From: Xylographa opegraphella
Taxonomy: Eukaryota
Direction: 5' to 3'
Length of the DNA: 43,408 bases
Assembly: GCA_022813865.1 (NCBI GenBank)
Contig: JALDZX010000047.1
Coordinates: 124,001-167,408 of the forward strand
Every line of letters begins with the position of its first letter. Position 1 is the stretch's first letter. This document shows, piece after piece, positions 1 to 11,549 of the stretch. The translations under genes and the position numbers were made by a program. The notes beneath the pieces were generated by a model. It saw only the letters and a program-made list of their open reading frames with translations. It had not been told where the DNA came from and did no database searches.

Positions 1-2109
1 TGGCTGACCTTTGCCATTCATACGTAGACTTCCGCGTCATTATTATTTTTGCCAGACGAGAAGGGTCTATGTCATCGGCGTGCAAGCGAGATGGGTCCGC
101 CAAGAGCCGAGCGCAAGGTACCACCTATCTCCAACGGTGATCTACACGCCCGCTTAAGCATAACCATCATAAAGTGGGCTGGAAGTCACCACTGGTCCAC
201 CACTACTGTAGTACTGAGGTCAAGGGAAGGTAGCTCAGGTGCGGGAAAGTAATTGAGTACCTAGCTGAAGGCCACTGTCGTTCATATATTTAGCCTCAAG
301 TGGTGGGTGGTCAATAGTGCTGACAGGCTGGGTTCCTAATCTACCTTGGGCTTGTGCATCGCACAGACCTTCAACTTGCACTCCGAATTGACTTCGTCGG
401 CGACAGTCACTCCGTGCCAACCTTAGGCATGCACATCACTCACTAGCCGTTGGGAAGCTTTGGCAATCGGCCGGTCCATCCACACGGGCCATCGGAATCA
501 CTTCTGAAGCTTCATGCCTGTGCCACGTAGAAATGCTCCTTCACCCTGGAAAGCGGACAAGGCACAGTGGGAGAGGGGGCTGGGCGTGCCAAGGGAGATA
601 AGATAGTGTACCACGACTTGACTGCCTCAGTACCTTGCTTTAGCTCGTCTCAACAGTATTTTGTACGACCACCATGATGGCAAGGTAAGCTACGTAGTCT
701 AGCAGTGGTGGACCATGTAGTGGCCGACCACTCTCTCTCATGTGATCCATCCGAAGCGTGATGGGGAGTAATCATTCGAAATCGTGACTACCTTACCTTA
801 GTGAGGGCCGTAAGCCGAGCGTGAGGCACGTCAGGAGGACCTCAAATCCGACGGTGGCTTGGTGTAGCCAGTGCCCGCCTGGTGGTTGGAAAAAGCTATG
901 TTGGGCTATGTTATCGCAAGGGCCAGATATCTGATGGAGGATCTCGGATGGGCAGAATTGCACGGCGTCCTGTCGATGGCACGCCAATTTCATTACAAGT
1001 AGTCTACCATCCAGCCAATATACGCTTGTTGGCGATCCTGTGCGCCTCACGAAGGAGGGGGGTGGGTGGGCAGTGGTTGCACTCCTTGGATCGAGGCGAG
1101 AACCTGCCGGCTGCAGGAGAGGATGGACCCTGAATACTGGCCCGGGCAACGTGGTGGCTTTTTTCCCCCGTGGCCAAGGGGCTCGCTTCCTTTTAGGCGG
1201 AAGGGGGAGCGTTGGTGCTTGTGTGGACTATTATTGCGCAGCTTTTGTGCGCCGTCGTGTTCGACTAGTTTCAGCCACGAGGGATGCTTCTTGCGGACCA
1301 CATGGACGACTTGCCCAGGAGCTGCGGGCATCGGCAATCAAAAAAGAGCCCAGGGCTGCCAACGAGCTTCCTCCCATCCCCCCATCCTTCGTGCTCCGTC
1401 TCTGTTGCGCGGGGGGCGCGTGCCCAGGCCTGGGGGACGGCTGACTGGCTCACCACCTTTATCACCGTCTTGAGGAGGGGGAAACGCGTCTCTAGCAGAT
1501 GAAGCGGCGACGTTCACATGTCATGAGAGTTAGTGAGGAGTGAAAGGCATGATGAGTTTGATGGAAGTATTGCCCGCCTGACAAGCACCGCCGGGCCATG
1601 GTTGTCATCCACCGCTAACTTTTAAAACGAAAGCCCCTAAAGTGCCTCCCAGCGTCCCTGCTGTAGTCTATTATGTACAGGCCTACGGAGTATCAGCTAA
1701 GAAGCTACGGCTCAGCGACCAGTCAGTAATCCGTCCAACATGCCTCTAATAATTCACCCGCAAGAGGCCTCCATCTCGAACCCAGCAGGCAGACAGACCG
1801 AGACGGACTAGATGGTCCTTCTCGTTTTTGTCACACTTGTCCAGCCTCTCCAGCCAGACTGAAGCAAGATCCAGACGCGCCTCCACCCGACGCTCTCGAT
1901 GACGTTGATAATCACAATGGCGGCCAGGGCGACGACCACCTCGTCTACCGAATGGACCATCATCATCCGAAGGGCGTGCTAGGAAGACGAGAGCGCGTCG
2001 GAGGCGGAGGGGAGTCTTCGACGCTATTGGCCTCGAATCGGGATGATGATGATGAGCTGCGCAAGCACAGGCGATTCATCATCGTTTCCTATAGCACGCT
2101 TCCTGCCCT

Positions 2110-2110
<1 letters not shown>

Positions 2111-2171
<61 letters not shown>

Positions 2172-2221
2172 NNNNNNNNNNNNNNNNNNNNNNNNNNNNN
2201 NNNNNNNNNNNNNNNNNNNNN
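2111..2221. repeat. Poly-C tract (61 C, 2111-2171) running into a 50-N assembly gap (2172-2221)
   Basis: Read directly from the sequence. The poly-Pro/poly-Gly ORFs across it are artefacts. Confidence 0.95.
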
Positions 2222-3377
2222 CCCCTCCCCCCCTGCTACCTCTGCACAGACATCCGCCGCCTCGTCCCCCGGCTGGCAAAGATGGCAGAAAGGAGGTTGG
2301 TCGAGTCGAGCAGCGTGGCCAGCTGAGGTTCGCATAGCGGCATTGCGGACTTATGGCCGGACCACGCAGCATCGCTCAGGGTCGAGCCTGGAACGAAGTC
2401 GTCCCACGCCCCAGGCGGACCACACTCACGAGAAGTGGATTCTTTCGCCGGAGGCGACCAGTGTCACGTCAGTATATGATGCCTGCGCTCCGTCGCGACT
2501 AAGGAGTCTCCACCGAACACGACTCTGATTAGCCATCATCGCGCGACTTGCCAGGTCGGATTGGGGGAGGTGGATTGGATGGGGGGTTCGATATCTACGC
2601 TCGGGGATGTTTTGGGGGATGAGTGGGATGGCTTCACGATTTTACACAGTAGTATTTACACTCCGGCCAGGCACGTTTCACAATATTTAAAGACCGCTTC
2701 GACGCAGGGGGTCGCCACGAACGGTCCACGAGTCGTGTCCCTTAACTCAAAAGGCCGTGATACTCTCCTGTGGGCGCGGCATCCCCACGCGAGAGCTGGG
2801 AAGCCTTTAGTGGAGGTGCGTAGTCCAGTCCGGCGTGGTCGATCCGGCAAGCAACGCTTGGCGTTGCTTGAGGATTCGGTGCCTGCGACTTCTTTGCTTC
2901 CCCCCCCCCATGGCCGCAGCCAAGATGAGAAATTGAGAAGACGGAGTTGGAACTTGGCTGCGGCTAAAGGAGCGGCCGAATGAGCCGGGCTCGAGCAGGG
3001 GCAATCTGGAGTTACGGAGTTAGTGGCTCGCTCATCGGTACATGGAGGACGGAGCAAGGCTTGCCGGTCCCAAAGCCGCGTCGCTGCCCTTCGAAGTTCC
3101 ATCGTCAGTCCCGGGTTATCTCAACGACGCACAGCGACGGGATGCCAGGGTGGTGGCCTGCCGGTCATTGGCCCGAGGTGGACGAGGGGAGGCGAAGGAG
3201 ACGCACTGGCGATGGCATCATTGGCCGCGTTCGAGGACCTTCTGCTGGAATAATGGGCGCGGATTGGGGAGTTAGGGGAGGGTCTACAGGTACGGGTGCC
3301 TGCCCGGCTGTGCGGTGTCCGGGGGGGGGGAGGGAAGGCTGTTCTGGCGACCCAATAGCTGCAGTGCTGGCCGCATA

Positions 3378-5216
3378 TAAAAGTTTCTTCGACCTTCCAC
3401 CCTTATGCAGCAGCAGGCCGGTGCAGATAGGCCGATCGCCTACGGGAGAGGATTGAGGGATAGGTACTGTGTAGTGTGCAGATATGGGCGAGTGCTATCA
3501 GTTATTAGCTACCTACGGTGTATAGCTAGCTAGCTTGGTGCTTTGCTCTCACGCTGCGTCTGGCTTCTGCGTTGGGCTGTGTTGTTTTCTTCGCACCGAC
3601 GTCCCCCTCCACCCATCGGTACTCTCTCCCTCGCCCCCCCCTGGAACCTTTCCCCCCCTCCTTCGAGCCCCAGACGCCATCGTTGTGTCCGCGCCGCGAC
3701 TAGCAGCTTCCCTTCCTTCCCCTTCCCCTTCTCCACCCCCCATTGCTGTTCCCGATTCCTTGGCCCCAGGACCGTCTGGCTGAACCTTGGAGGCGAAGAC
3801 TCGGCTCCGATTGATCGATTTGATCGAGCCTCCGCATCTGACTTTCGGGTGCTGCTGCTAGCGGGCAGGCTTGGCGGAACTCCGGTGGGTCTTATGCCGG
3901 GATCGCTCCCACACCCCCCCCTTAGGCCCGAAACATCTGTGCGTAAAAAGTGTTGTTCTTCTGTACCTCATCTTTTTGCCCAACCAATGGCCCCCCCCCG
4001 ACCTCGAATCCTGGATCCCGTTCAGAACTGCTGAATACTGGACGTGTACGCACTGCGGTCAATAGGTGTGAGGGAGGTCGGTCCGGTCAGTGAGTTGAGC
4101 AGAACACGATACACCCTTCGACGAGAGAGAGACGAGCCAAGTGTTAATTAGTCCAACCGCCGCTGCGGTGCACATCCATACGCACCTCACCCACATCACC
4201 CGCATCACCCACATAACGTTCATCCACACACCCAATAATACACACACCATATACACTTCCATCCATCTTTATATTAGTATACTCCGTACACTCCCTCACA
4301 CCTCGACCCTACCCGCAATCCTCGAAAATCTAAATGCGACTCTAAAACCATCGCTCCGCACCGACCACCTGAACCCTCCAGCCCTTCGAACCTTCACACT
4401 TTCTAACCCCCCCCCATATACTTCTGTCACCGCTCGCCCCATCCTGCCCTTCCCTCTGCGTCACTGAACGACCCGACCATGGTCTGATTGGCGACATGAC
4501 AATTTAACTTCAGACCTGTCCGGCGGTCGACTGTCAAATCTCTGGCGCTGCTCGAGTCGCGGTCATTGGTGCTACCATCCGCGATTTCGTGAATTGCGGG
4601 GAGGAGGGGGACCTTACCACTCGCGAACTCGGATCTCAACACCAGACTCGACTAAATCGAAAACATCACCACGATTCGTACCTGCCCTGCGGACCAGGTC
4701 AGCGAACTCGGTCTCCAGCACGCCAGTCGTGTTTTAAAGGCTGCTCGGCGGCCTTTCCTTTCCCTCCGTCGCTCTTTCTCTTCTGTATCCATCTCGACCC
4801 ATCCCGTGCCCGTCTCGACCGGCAGCGCGCGTCCTGCATCTCGAAGTGAATCCCACTGCATCTTTTTCCTCGCCTTCGCTTGTACAGGATTGGATTCTCC
4901 AGGAGGAGGATCGGCAGATTTCGCGTCACTTTAATTCAGTTCATAACTCAACCCCCCCGTCCCACGGGCCAATTCTCACGTTACACCAAACCGTCGTCTT
5001 TTGACCTTCCACGTACGACCGCCGTCACTCCTTCCCGTACCGACCAACCATTCATACTTCGATCGATCAAACCTTGACTCAAGTGCCCCGTCCCTCTGCC
5101 GAAGGTTCGACAACGACAACTGGACTTTCGACTTGAGTTCTACGTAGCCTCGACGCAAAACGGGAAAGGTTATCAAAAAGGATATAGCGAACGTTGGTTC
5201 AGCGGCGAAGAACTAA
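3378..5216 (+). promoter_or_regulatory. Probable promoter and long 5' leader of the WOPR transcription factor gene
   Basis: TATAAAAG at 3376-3383, pyrimidine-rich tracts at 3530-3780 and 4170-4460, two micro-uORFs (4479-4487 MV*, 4496-4507 MTI*), then about 710 nt with no ATG before the CDS start. No credible CDS upstream. The TSS cannot be determined from sequence. Confidence 0.45.
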
Positions 5217-6599
5217 ATGAATATGGGTCCGGGTTCATTGCACCCGACCTGGTATGGTCACGTTTCGAGCACGCTGGATGCTCTGGTCCTCTTCGAATCG
5301 TGTCTCAAAGGGGATCTCCGGCATGTACCGCGTCGGCCCCACGACCGGGAACGCAGCCAATTGATCAAGAGTGGGAGCGTATTCATCTACGAAGAGAATG
5401 CCTCGGGCATCAAGCGGTGGACGGACGGGGTCCCGTGGAGCCCGAGTCGAATCCTCGGCAATTTCCTCGTCTATCGCGAGCTCTTGAAGCCATTCCCACC
5501 CGGCGAGAAGAAACGCGCGACGAAGCGGAACAAGAGAGTCACCAAGCCCGGCGAGCCGTACCCGAGGAGCGATGCGGAGGGTGCTGTTTCGACCTCGCCG
5601 ACGACACCCGGCGCCCGGTCCGAGAATGGCAGTGCCGAAGGCAAAGAGGCTGAACGTGCCTTGATCGGCTCGCTCGTCGATTCCTATGGCTTCAAACCGG
5701 ACGGCCTGGTCAAGAAGACGATGAGTGTGAACGTGCAGGGTGTTCATCACCATCTGGTATCCTACTACAAGATCGACGACGTCATCGGAGGGAAGTTGCA
5801 GACCGTCGCCCAAGATCCGGCCATACGTAACATCGACCCGAGACCGGAGTTGACCAGCCGTCAGAATTTTCGCGCCCCTCTCGACGACGAGAACGGTGAC
5901 ATGCAGGACAACCACGACGATGCGGGACACATGTTTTACCAGACCCATGGCTTTCCCGATCCACGGCAATTTATGAATCACGGACCGCATGCGCATCAGC
6001 CTCATCCGATGGATACACAGATGTACTCCTCCGCTCCATACAATAGCACCGCTCAGATCCCGGCCAACCTGTATTCACCATATTCCCAACCGCCGCAACA
6101 GCCGTTCTACCCCACGCATCAGCAGACCGCGCATCAGCCCATCAACGCGTATTCGCAAGCATCCTACCCGACACAGCAGTACACGACGCTTCCTCAGTCC
6201 CAAGGCCTTCCAACGACCGTCAAGACCGAACGGTCGCCGTCGTACCAACAACAACAGCAGCCTCCCACCTATCGCCAAAACTCTGCACCTGGGATAGAGA
6301 ACCGTCCGATTGAAATGGCGGCGCCGAATCGCCTTCATGAACAAGCTTCGCGGGACGACTCCACCTGGTCGCGCGGGGGTGGACCCTACGCACCGACCTC
6401 GACACAGAGCCCGATCTCTGTTCCACATGTATATCCCTACCCGAATGGCACTCCCATGAACGCTCCACACATGGGCATGCCACCCCCTTCGCAATCCCAG
6501 TCTGTCGTGCGGGACGGCCCCAACCCGTGGGCACACCCTTGGCACCTTGGCAACAACGGGGTCCACCAACATCAGAGTTATCCCACGCAGCATAGCTAG
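5217..6599 (+). CDS. RYP1: WOPR (Gti1/Pac2 family) transcription factor, Ryp1/Wor1/Sge1/Ros1-type morphology/virulence master regulator, 460 aa, intronless
   Basis: WOPRa motifs PTWYGHVSSTLDALVLFESCLKG, RRPHDRERSQLIKSGSVFIYEENASGIKRWTDGVPWSPSRILGNFLVYREL. WOPRb motifs ERALIGSLVDSYGFKPDGLVKKTMSV...HHLVSYY. Q/P/H-rich low-complexity C-terminus. PFPPGEKKRA is typical of the Gti1/Ryp1 clade rather than Pac2. Confidence 0.93.
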   Translation: MNMGPGSLHPTWYGHVSSTLDALVLFESCLKGDLRHVPRRPHDRERSQLIKSGSVFIYEENASGIKRWTDGVPWSPSRILGNFLVYRELLKPFPPGEKKRATKRNKRVTKPGEPYPRSDAEGAVSTSPTTPGARSENGSAEGKEAERALIGSLVDSYGFKPDGLVKKTMSVNVQGVHHHLVSYYKIDDVIGGKLQTVAQDPAIRNIDPRPELTSRQNFRAPLDDENGDMQDNHDDAGHMFYQTHGFPDPRQFMNHGPHAHQPHPMDTQMYSSAPYNSTAQIPANLYSPYSQPPQQPFYPTHQQTAHQPINAYSQASYPTQQYTTLPQSQGLPTTVKTERSPSYQQQQQPPTYRQNSAPGIENRPIEMAAPNRLHEQASRDDSTWSRGGGPYAPTSTQSPISVPHVYPYPNGTPMNAPHMGMPPPSQSQSVVRDGPNPWAHPWHLGNNGVHQHQSYPTQHS

Positions 6600-7169
6600 G
6601 ATCGGCAGAATTTCTGTACATCAGGCTAACGATGACATGTATGAAAGGATGTTGGGAATAATGAGTCCAGATTTTCTGCCTCGGTAATGCTGAATTTTGA
6701 TATGGAAATGGGTCGGGAGGAGCGATTGCGAATTCTCTACTATTTACTTGAAGTTCTCTCTCATGGGAGGAACACGACGCTGGAACTTCGTTTCGGGGAC
6801 TCCGAATGGAGACTCCGGATCACTCAATGTTTCCCTTTTATCGCGACCAAGGCATTGTCGTCGGAACCGCACTTTACGCACTTAATCACTTCTCGGCACG
6901 CCTCCGTCTTTTTCAATCCTCCTCCCTTCCTCGTTTTCACTTACGACCGAATACTTTCATATCCCGGGGCCAACAGTACCGGCTTCCACATAGACGACCA
7001 CTCTCCTATCTCGACGGCGCGCTTTCACGAAGCGAGGAGGGTGGGGGGGGGGAATGGAATAGAAAATCATGGTGGTGGAACTCTTCGTTTCCGCGCGGCT
7101 CGGTTCTCTTCTGTACATATATCCAATGCCCCTTTGGGAGGGCTTGTTTTTTTTCCTTCCCATCGTGCC

Positions 7170-7248
7170 TTTTTTTTTTNNNNNNNNNNNNNNNNNNNNN
7201 NNNNNNNNNNNNNNNNNNNNNNNNNNNNNNNNNNNNNNGGGGGGGGGG
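7170..7248. other. Assembly gap (59 N, 7180-7238) between poly-T and poly-G runs
   Basis: Read directly from the sequence. Confidence 0.95.
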
Positions 7249-8760
7249 GAAGGTGTGGGAGGCTTTCGTGTTTTTGTCACTTGTTGCGTACCGTTTACTT
7301 TATCGCGTGGGGTTTTCACGCCGGGATGGATGGGGCGGTCTTTTGCTGTTGTTCTTGTTCTTGTGGAAATCTTCGTGTACTGGCGCTGCTTTGCTTGCGT
7401 GCTTTTGCTCGCTGGCTGCCGCGACTACTCAGACTGTATGCAGCAGGCGAATGGATTATTGTTGCGAAATGGCTTGCTTGCTGTAATGATGCTGCCTCTT
7501 GCTCGGTGGTGATGGCTCTTTGAAGTAGGATGCGTGATGGTTTCGCCGGTTTGTTGATGGAGCTGGGTGGCGCCCTGATTGCGGATGCGTTTTTTGATGG
7601 GGACGGGGATATCTCCGGCCTATACCGCACTTTGTCCACCCCCCTTTTACTTTCAATCCTCGCTGCTGGTTTTTATGTAGTTACCTTCCTTACCTAGTTA
7701 GGTAGCTAGGGGAAAGGGACGGAGGGCCGGACTAGCTTCGCCTGGCTTAAAACCATCCGGCCGTATCTCCGCATTCTTGGAGTACCTTGCCTTGTATATG
7801 TGCCGGATGGTGGGGGGAGCTGGGGGTAGATGGGTGGTTAGGGTGGTTAGGGTGGTTAGAGTATTTTTTTCTTTCGTCTTTTTTGGGGGGGTGGATGCTA
7901 TGGGCGTTAGTTTAGCTTGGTTTAGCTTAGCTTAGGGGCGGAGTGGGGAGGGGAGAGGGGAGGGGAGACTGGGTGGGTGGAGACGGGGCGTCTAGGCGGG
8001 GGAGCTACGGGGATATCTCCGATGAATGTGGGTTTTGTTTTAGGCCGAAGGGGGAGGGGGGAGGGGAGTTGAGAGGTGATGCGGTTGTTTATTGGTTAAG
8101 ATGACTGGATGGGATGAAGGTGGGTGGGAGGGAGTGGGTAAATACCTACGGGTACTTCTGACGTGCGGCTGACGGCGAGCGGGATCTGGCCGCGATGGTG
8201 GGTGGTAAGGTAAGGTAAAGTAGGTAGGTAGGTGGTCCTTGAGGTCGGGCTGGAGTCGAGTTTGGGCAAACAATATTAAGGGCGTTTAAACGAATCTGTT
8301 AAACTTGTAAAATCGGTTAAATCTTGACAGTGTATATGATTGGCCGACTAAGCAGCTAAGCGGTTGAACAAGAGGAATCCTATTGATTAACAGAACGGAC
8401 TTGGGAGACCCGATCAGGCAATACGTTACTGCCAAAAATCCTTTAGATGTTATTAGTTTGACAGAACAGATTTTGGCTAAACACCTCTAATGGATCTCCC
8501 TCTTTTGGTGGTTTGAGGTTTGAAGTTCAAAGCTTTTATGCGATTGGTGCGTGGAAAAGCAAAAACACTACGGATCATCTCGGCCCGTGGATCAGAAACT
8601 CGGTTATCTAGCTAGCCGGGCAACCTCATGCGAACAATCTTTGCCCATTCTCGAGTCGATACCTGGTGGTGTACGTCGCTACTGTGTATATCTGGACGCG
8701 TAGGCCGCTTGTGGGAGGAAGGTATTGCACTCGAGGCACGGAAGACGGGACCGCGATGCG

Positions 8761-10171
8761 ATGACGCTGATGCTGCTGCGTGGTGGGCATGGCTTGCGGC
8801 CGCTGGCATGCCGGACCGTCGACGCTCTGCTGGTACGGGTGATGGGAGCCGGTTCGGTCAGGAGGTGCGGGATACGAGCGTTGGTGGGAAGGGAGCTGCG
8901 TATGGCGCGTAGTCGAAGTCTGAGGTCGACAGGTGGACCGAGTTCGAGCATGGGACCGTGTCGTGAATTTCGGAGATGCCTGGCTTCCGAACGCGAAGGA
9001 CCAGCGACGAGAGATCCGGACAGGTAAGTCCCCCTTCTGCAAACCACACCTGTCAACCCAACTTCCCCAGCTCACCCGGCCGCCCAGGTCGCCCACGCTC
9101 TCACCCCCAGCGACGAAACCCACGATCAAGACCCGGCTCCTGCGCCTCACCCCGCACGAGAACATCTACACCCTGCCCAACATCCTCACCTTCTCGCGCC
9201 TGCTCGCCGCTCCGCTGGTGGGCTACCTCGTCGTGCACGACCAGCACGCGTGGGCCCTCGGCCTGTTCGCCTACGCCGGCATCACGGACCTCGTGGACGG
9301 CTGGGTGGCGCGCCGGTGGCAGCTGCAGACGGTCGTCGGCACGGTGATCGATCCGATGGCCGACAAGGCGCTGATGACGGTGCTGGTAGGCGTGCTGGCG
9401 TGGAAGGGCGCGATGCCTTGTAAGTTGGACCAGCCGAAGGGCCTTTGCTTCCTCCAGAACCCCCCCAGAAGGCGAGATTTGGGACAATCTCAAGCTGTCC
9501 CCGTTCTGGGAATATGGGCTAACGGCTTTCTTTCTTTTTTCTTGCTTCCGCGTAGTGTGGCTCGCTGGTATCATTCTTTCGCGCGACGTCTTGCTCGGCG
9601 TCGCGGCCGTTTACTATCGTTATATTTCCCTGCCGCCGCCGAAGACCCTGGCTCGCTATTGGGACTTTTCGCTGCCGAGCGCGGAGGTGCGGCCGACGGG
9701 CATTAGTAAGGTTAATACAGCGCTGCAGCTGGGGTTGATTGGCTGGACGGTGGGCATGCCGTTGGTGGTTTGGGGGGGGTGGGGGGAGACGCTGGAGAGT
9801 GGGTTGGTGGGATTGCAGTAAGTTTTTTTTCTCTTTTGTCTTTTGCGGTGTTGCGGTGTTGCGGATGGGGAAGGTGGGTGCTGGTGTGGTGGATGTGGTT
9901 TCTGTGGTGTGTATGTGGCGAGATGAGTAGGGTGGCTCACCGTATGGTTTGTTGGGTTTCGTTTGATGTTTGTTTTTGAAGCAGAGGAAGAAGATGGGGC
10001 TTGGTTGTGTATTCGAATGCTGGCTGGCTGTGGTTACTGATTCTTGGTTGTTTTTGTAGGTACTTAGTTGCTACCACGACGGTCTGGAGTGGGGCTAGCT
10101 ATCTGTACACCAAGGACGCGGTCAAGATCCTGACGCCGGAGGAGAGCGAGCAGAGAGCGGCGAGGAAGTAG
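8761..10171 (+). CDS. CRD1: Cardiolipin synthase (CDP-alcohol phosphatidyltransferase family), about 322 aa; exons 8761-9023, 9088-9419, 9556-9817, 10060-10171
   Basis: HENIYTLPNILTFSRL, CDP-OH motif TDLVDGWVARRWQLQTVVGTVIDPMADK, YYRYISLPPPKTLARYWDFSLPSAEVRPTGISKVNTALQ and C-terminal YLVATTTVWSGASYLYTKDAVKIL. Three GTAAGT...YAG introns with GCTCAC/GCTAAC/ACTGAT branch sites give an in-frame 969-nt CDS. The Arg-rich N-terminus resembles a mitochondrial presequence. The first exon and start are less certain. Confidence 0.92.
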
Positions 10172-11549
10172 GAGCTTGAGGATTGGTTTTTGTATCACTG
10201 GCACTTCGGGTTACTGAGTAGCAGATCGGTTGATGACTGGACGGTTCGAAGACACCAAAGGAGAGCGAGCAGAGCGTGGTGAGGAGGTAGGTTCCTGAGC
10301 ATTGGCTGTTCTTGTGTGTGGCCAGCAGTTCATTTCTGGTCGACTGGATGGTTCGAAGACATCAGAAAAGAGCCTGGAGCACTGTTCCTTTCCGTACTCG
10401 GCCGGCGATTCGGGCTTGCAGAGCAGCTGATTCATGGTTGACTGGATGGTTCGACCACGCCAGGGGTGAGCGAACAGAGAGAGATGAAGAGGTAGCGGCC
10501 AAAGCATAGTCCTCTTTCATGTACAGTCTGCAGGTTGGGATTGCAAGGCATCAGCTTGATGGATGACTGAATGTTTCCAAGGCTGTTGTTTCAGGGGAAT
10601 ATCACTTTGCCAGAAGAGTTTGTCCAAGGAAACATCCAACGCCCCTTTGCTCCTCCATTGTGCAGAAAACGACATCTTTTCGCCTCGAGGGCTATCTACA
10701 TGCGCGCACCATCTGGATTGCTCATCTCTTCGGGCACGTGGAGTGCTCTATCCAGTATTCTGCTCGTCTTTGGCCCAGGAGGTTCCCGATATCTCACGTG
10801 ATGCTGAACACTCGCTGCTGGACCTGCTAAGTGCAGCACGCGCCAGCGTATTCACGGCCAGGCACGCACCGAATTGAGAGGCCGGAAATTGGACCGACGT
10901 CATCCCCTATCTTGCTTGTACGGAGTGTTCACGGTCGCCAGCGCGCTGGTGATTGCTTAGGCTAGATATCTTATTTCTGGAATCTGTTCACGCGTTGGTG
11001 AATGGGCTGGCGAGTCTCACTTCTTCTACTACTCCTTCTTCTTCTTCTTCTTCCTCTTTCATCTTTCACCCTGCCTTCGTGTAAGACGGTTACATCTGAA
11101 CTTCTATCCTCGATAGCTCTTTCATTATCAGAAGCTGATGCACTGGTGTGTCTGTTCCTATCTTCTCACTTTAAGCCCCACCACCTCCTATTTTTGTTGT
11201 GGTCTTGGTGAGAAAACTCGTGTTCGTGAGCTTCGAGAGTGTCGTTGCTGAACTCACTGTGAGAGAGCGGTCACGGCGAAGAAAGCTCTTGTGTCATCAG
11301 AAGAGGTGATTCGAATATCCATCAATTCCCCCTTTTAGCTGTTGATACCGGTGCCTGGCTTCGAGGACGTCGTTGGTGTGTGGTCCGATCAGTTGTTTCA
11401 TTCCCATCCTACCCCTCAAACCCCCAAACCTTCCAACTGATAAGAGTCCTGGAGCTTGGGCTTGTTGTCACCGTCTGCAAAGATTCTGTAGACCTCATTC
11501 TTGCTGGCGAACCTTGAAGATCGGTGGGTCTGTTCAGCGTGTAGAAATC

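Noticed and set aside
1952..2528. Poly-Pro/poly-Gly ORFs across the poly-C tract
   Set aside because: Produced by a homopolymer plus an N-gap; no domain content.
6687..7523. 278-aa and overlapping ORFs downstream of RYP1
   Set aside because: They stay open only because they cross the N-gap; composition is UTR-like (T-rich, low complexity).
8933..9706. 257-aa ORF taken as the whole CRD1
   Set aside because: It reads through introns; the spliced four-exon model restores the conserved motifs in frame.
10235..10460. CRISPR-like reading of the three spaced repeats
   Set aside because: Eukaryotic context, only three degenerate copies, similarity extends into the 'spacers', and there are no cas genes.
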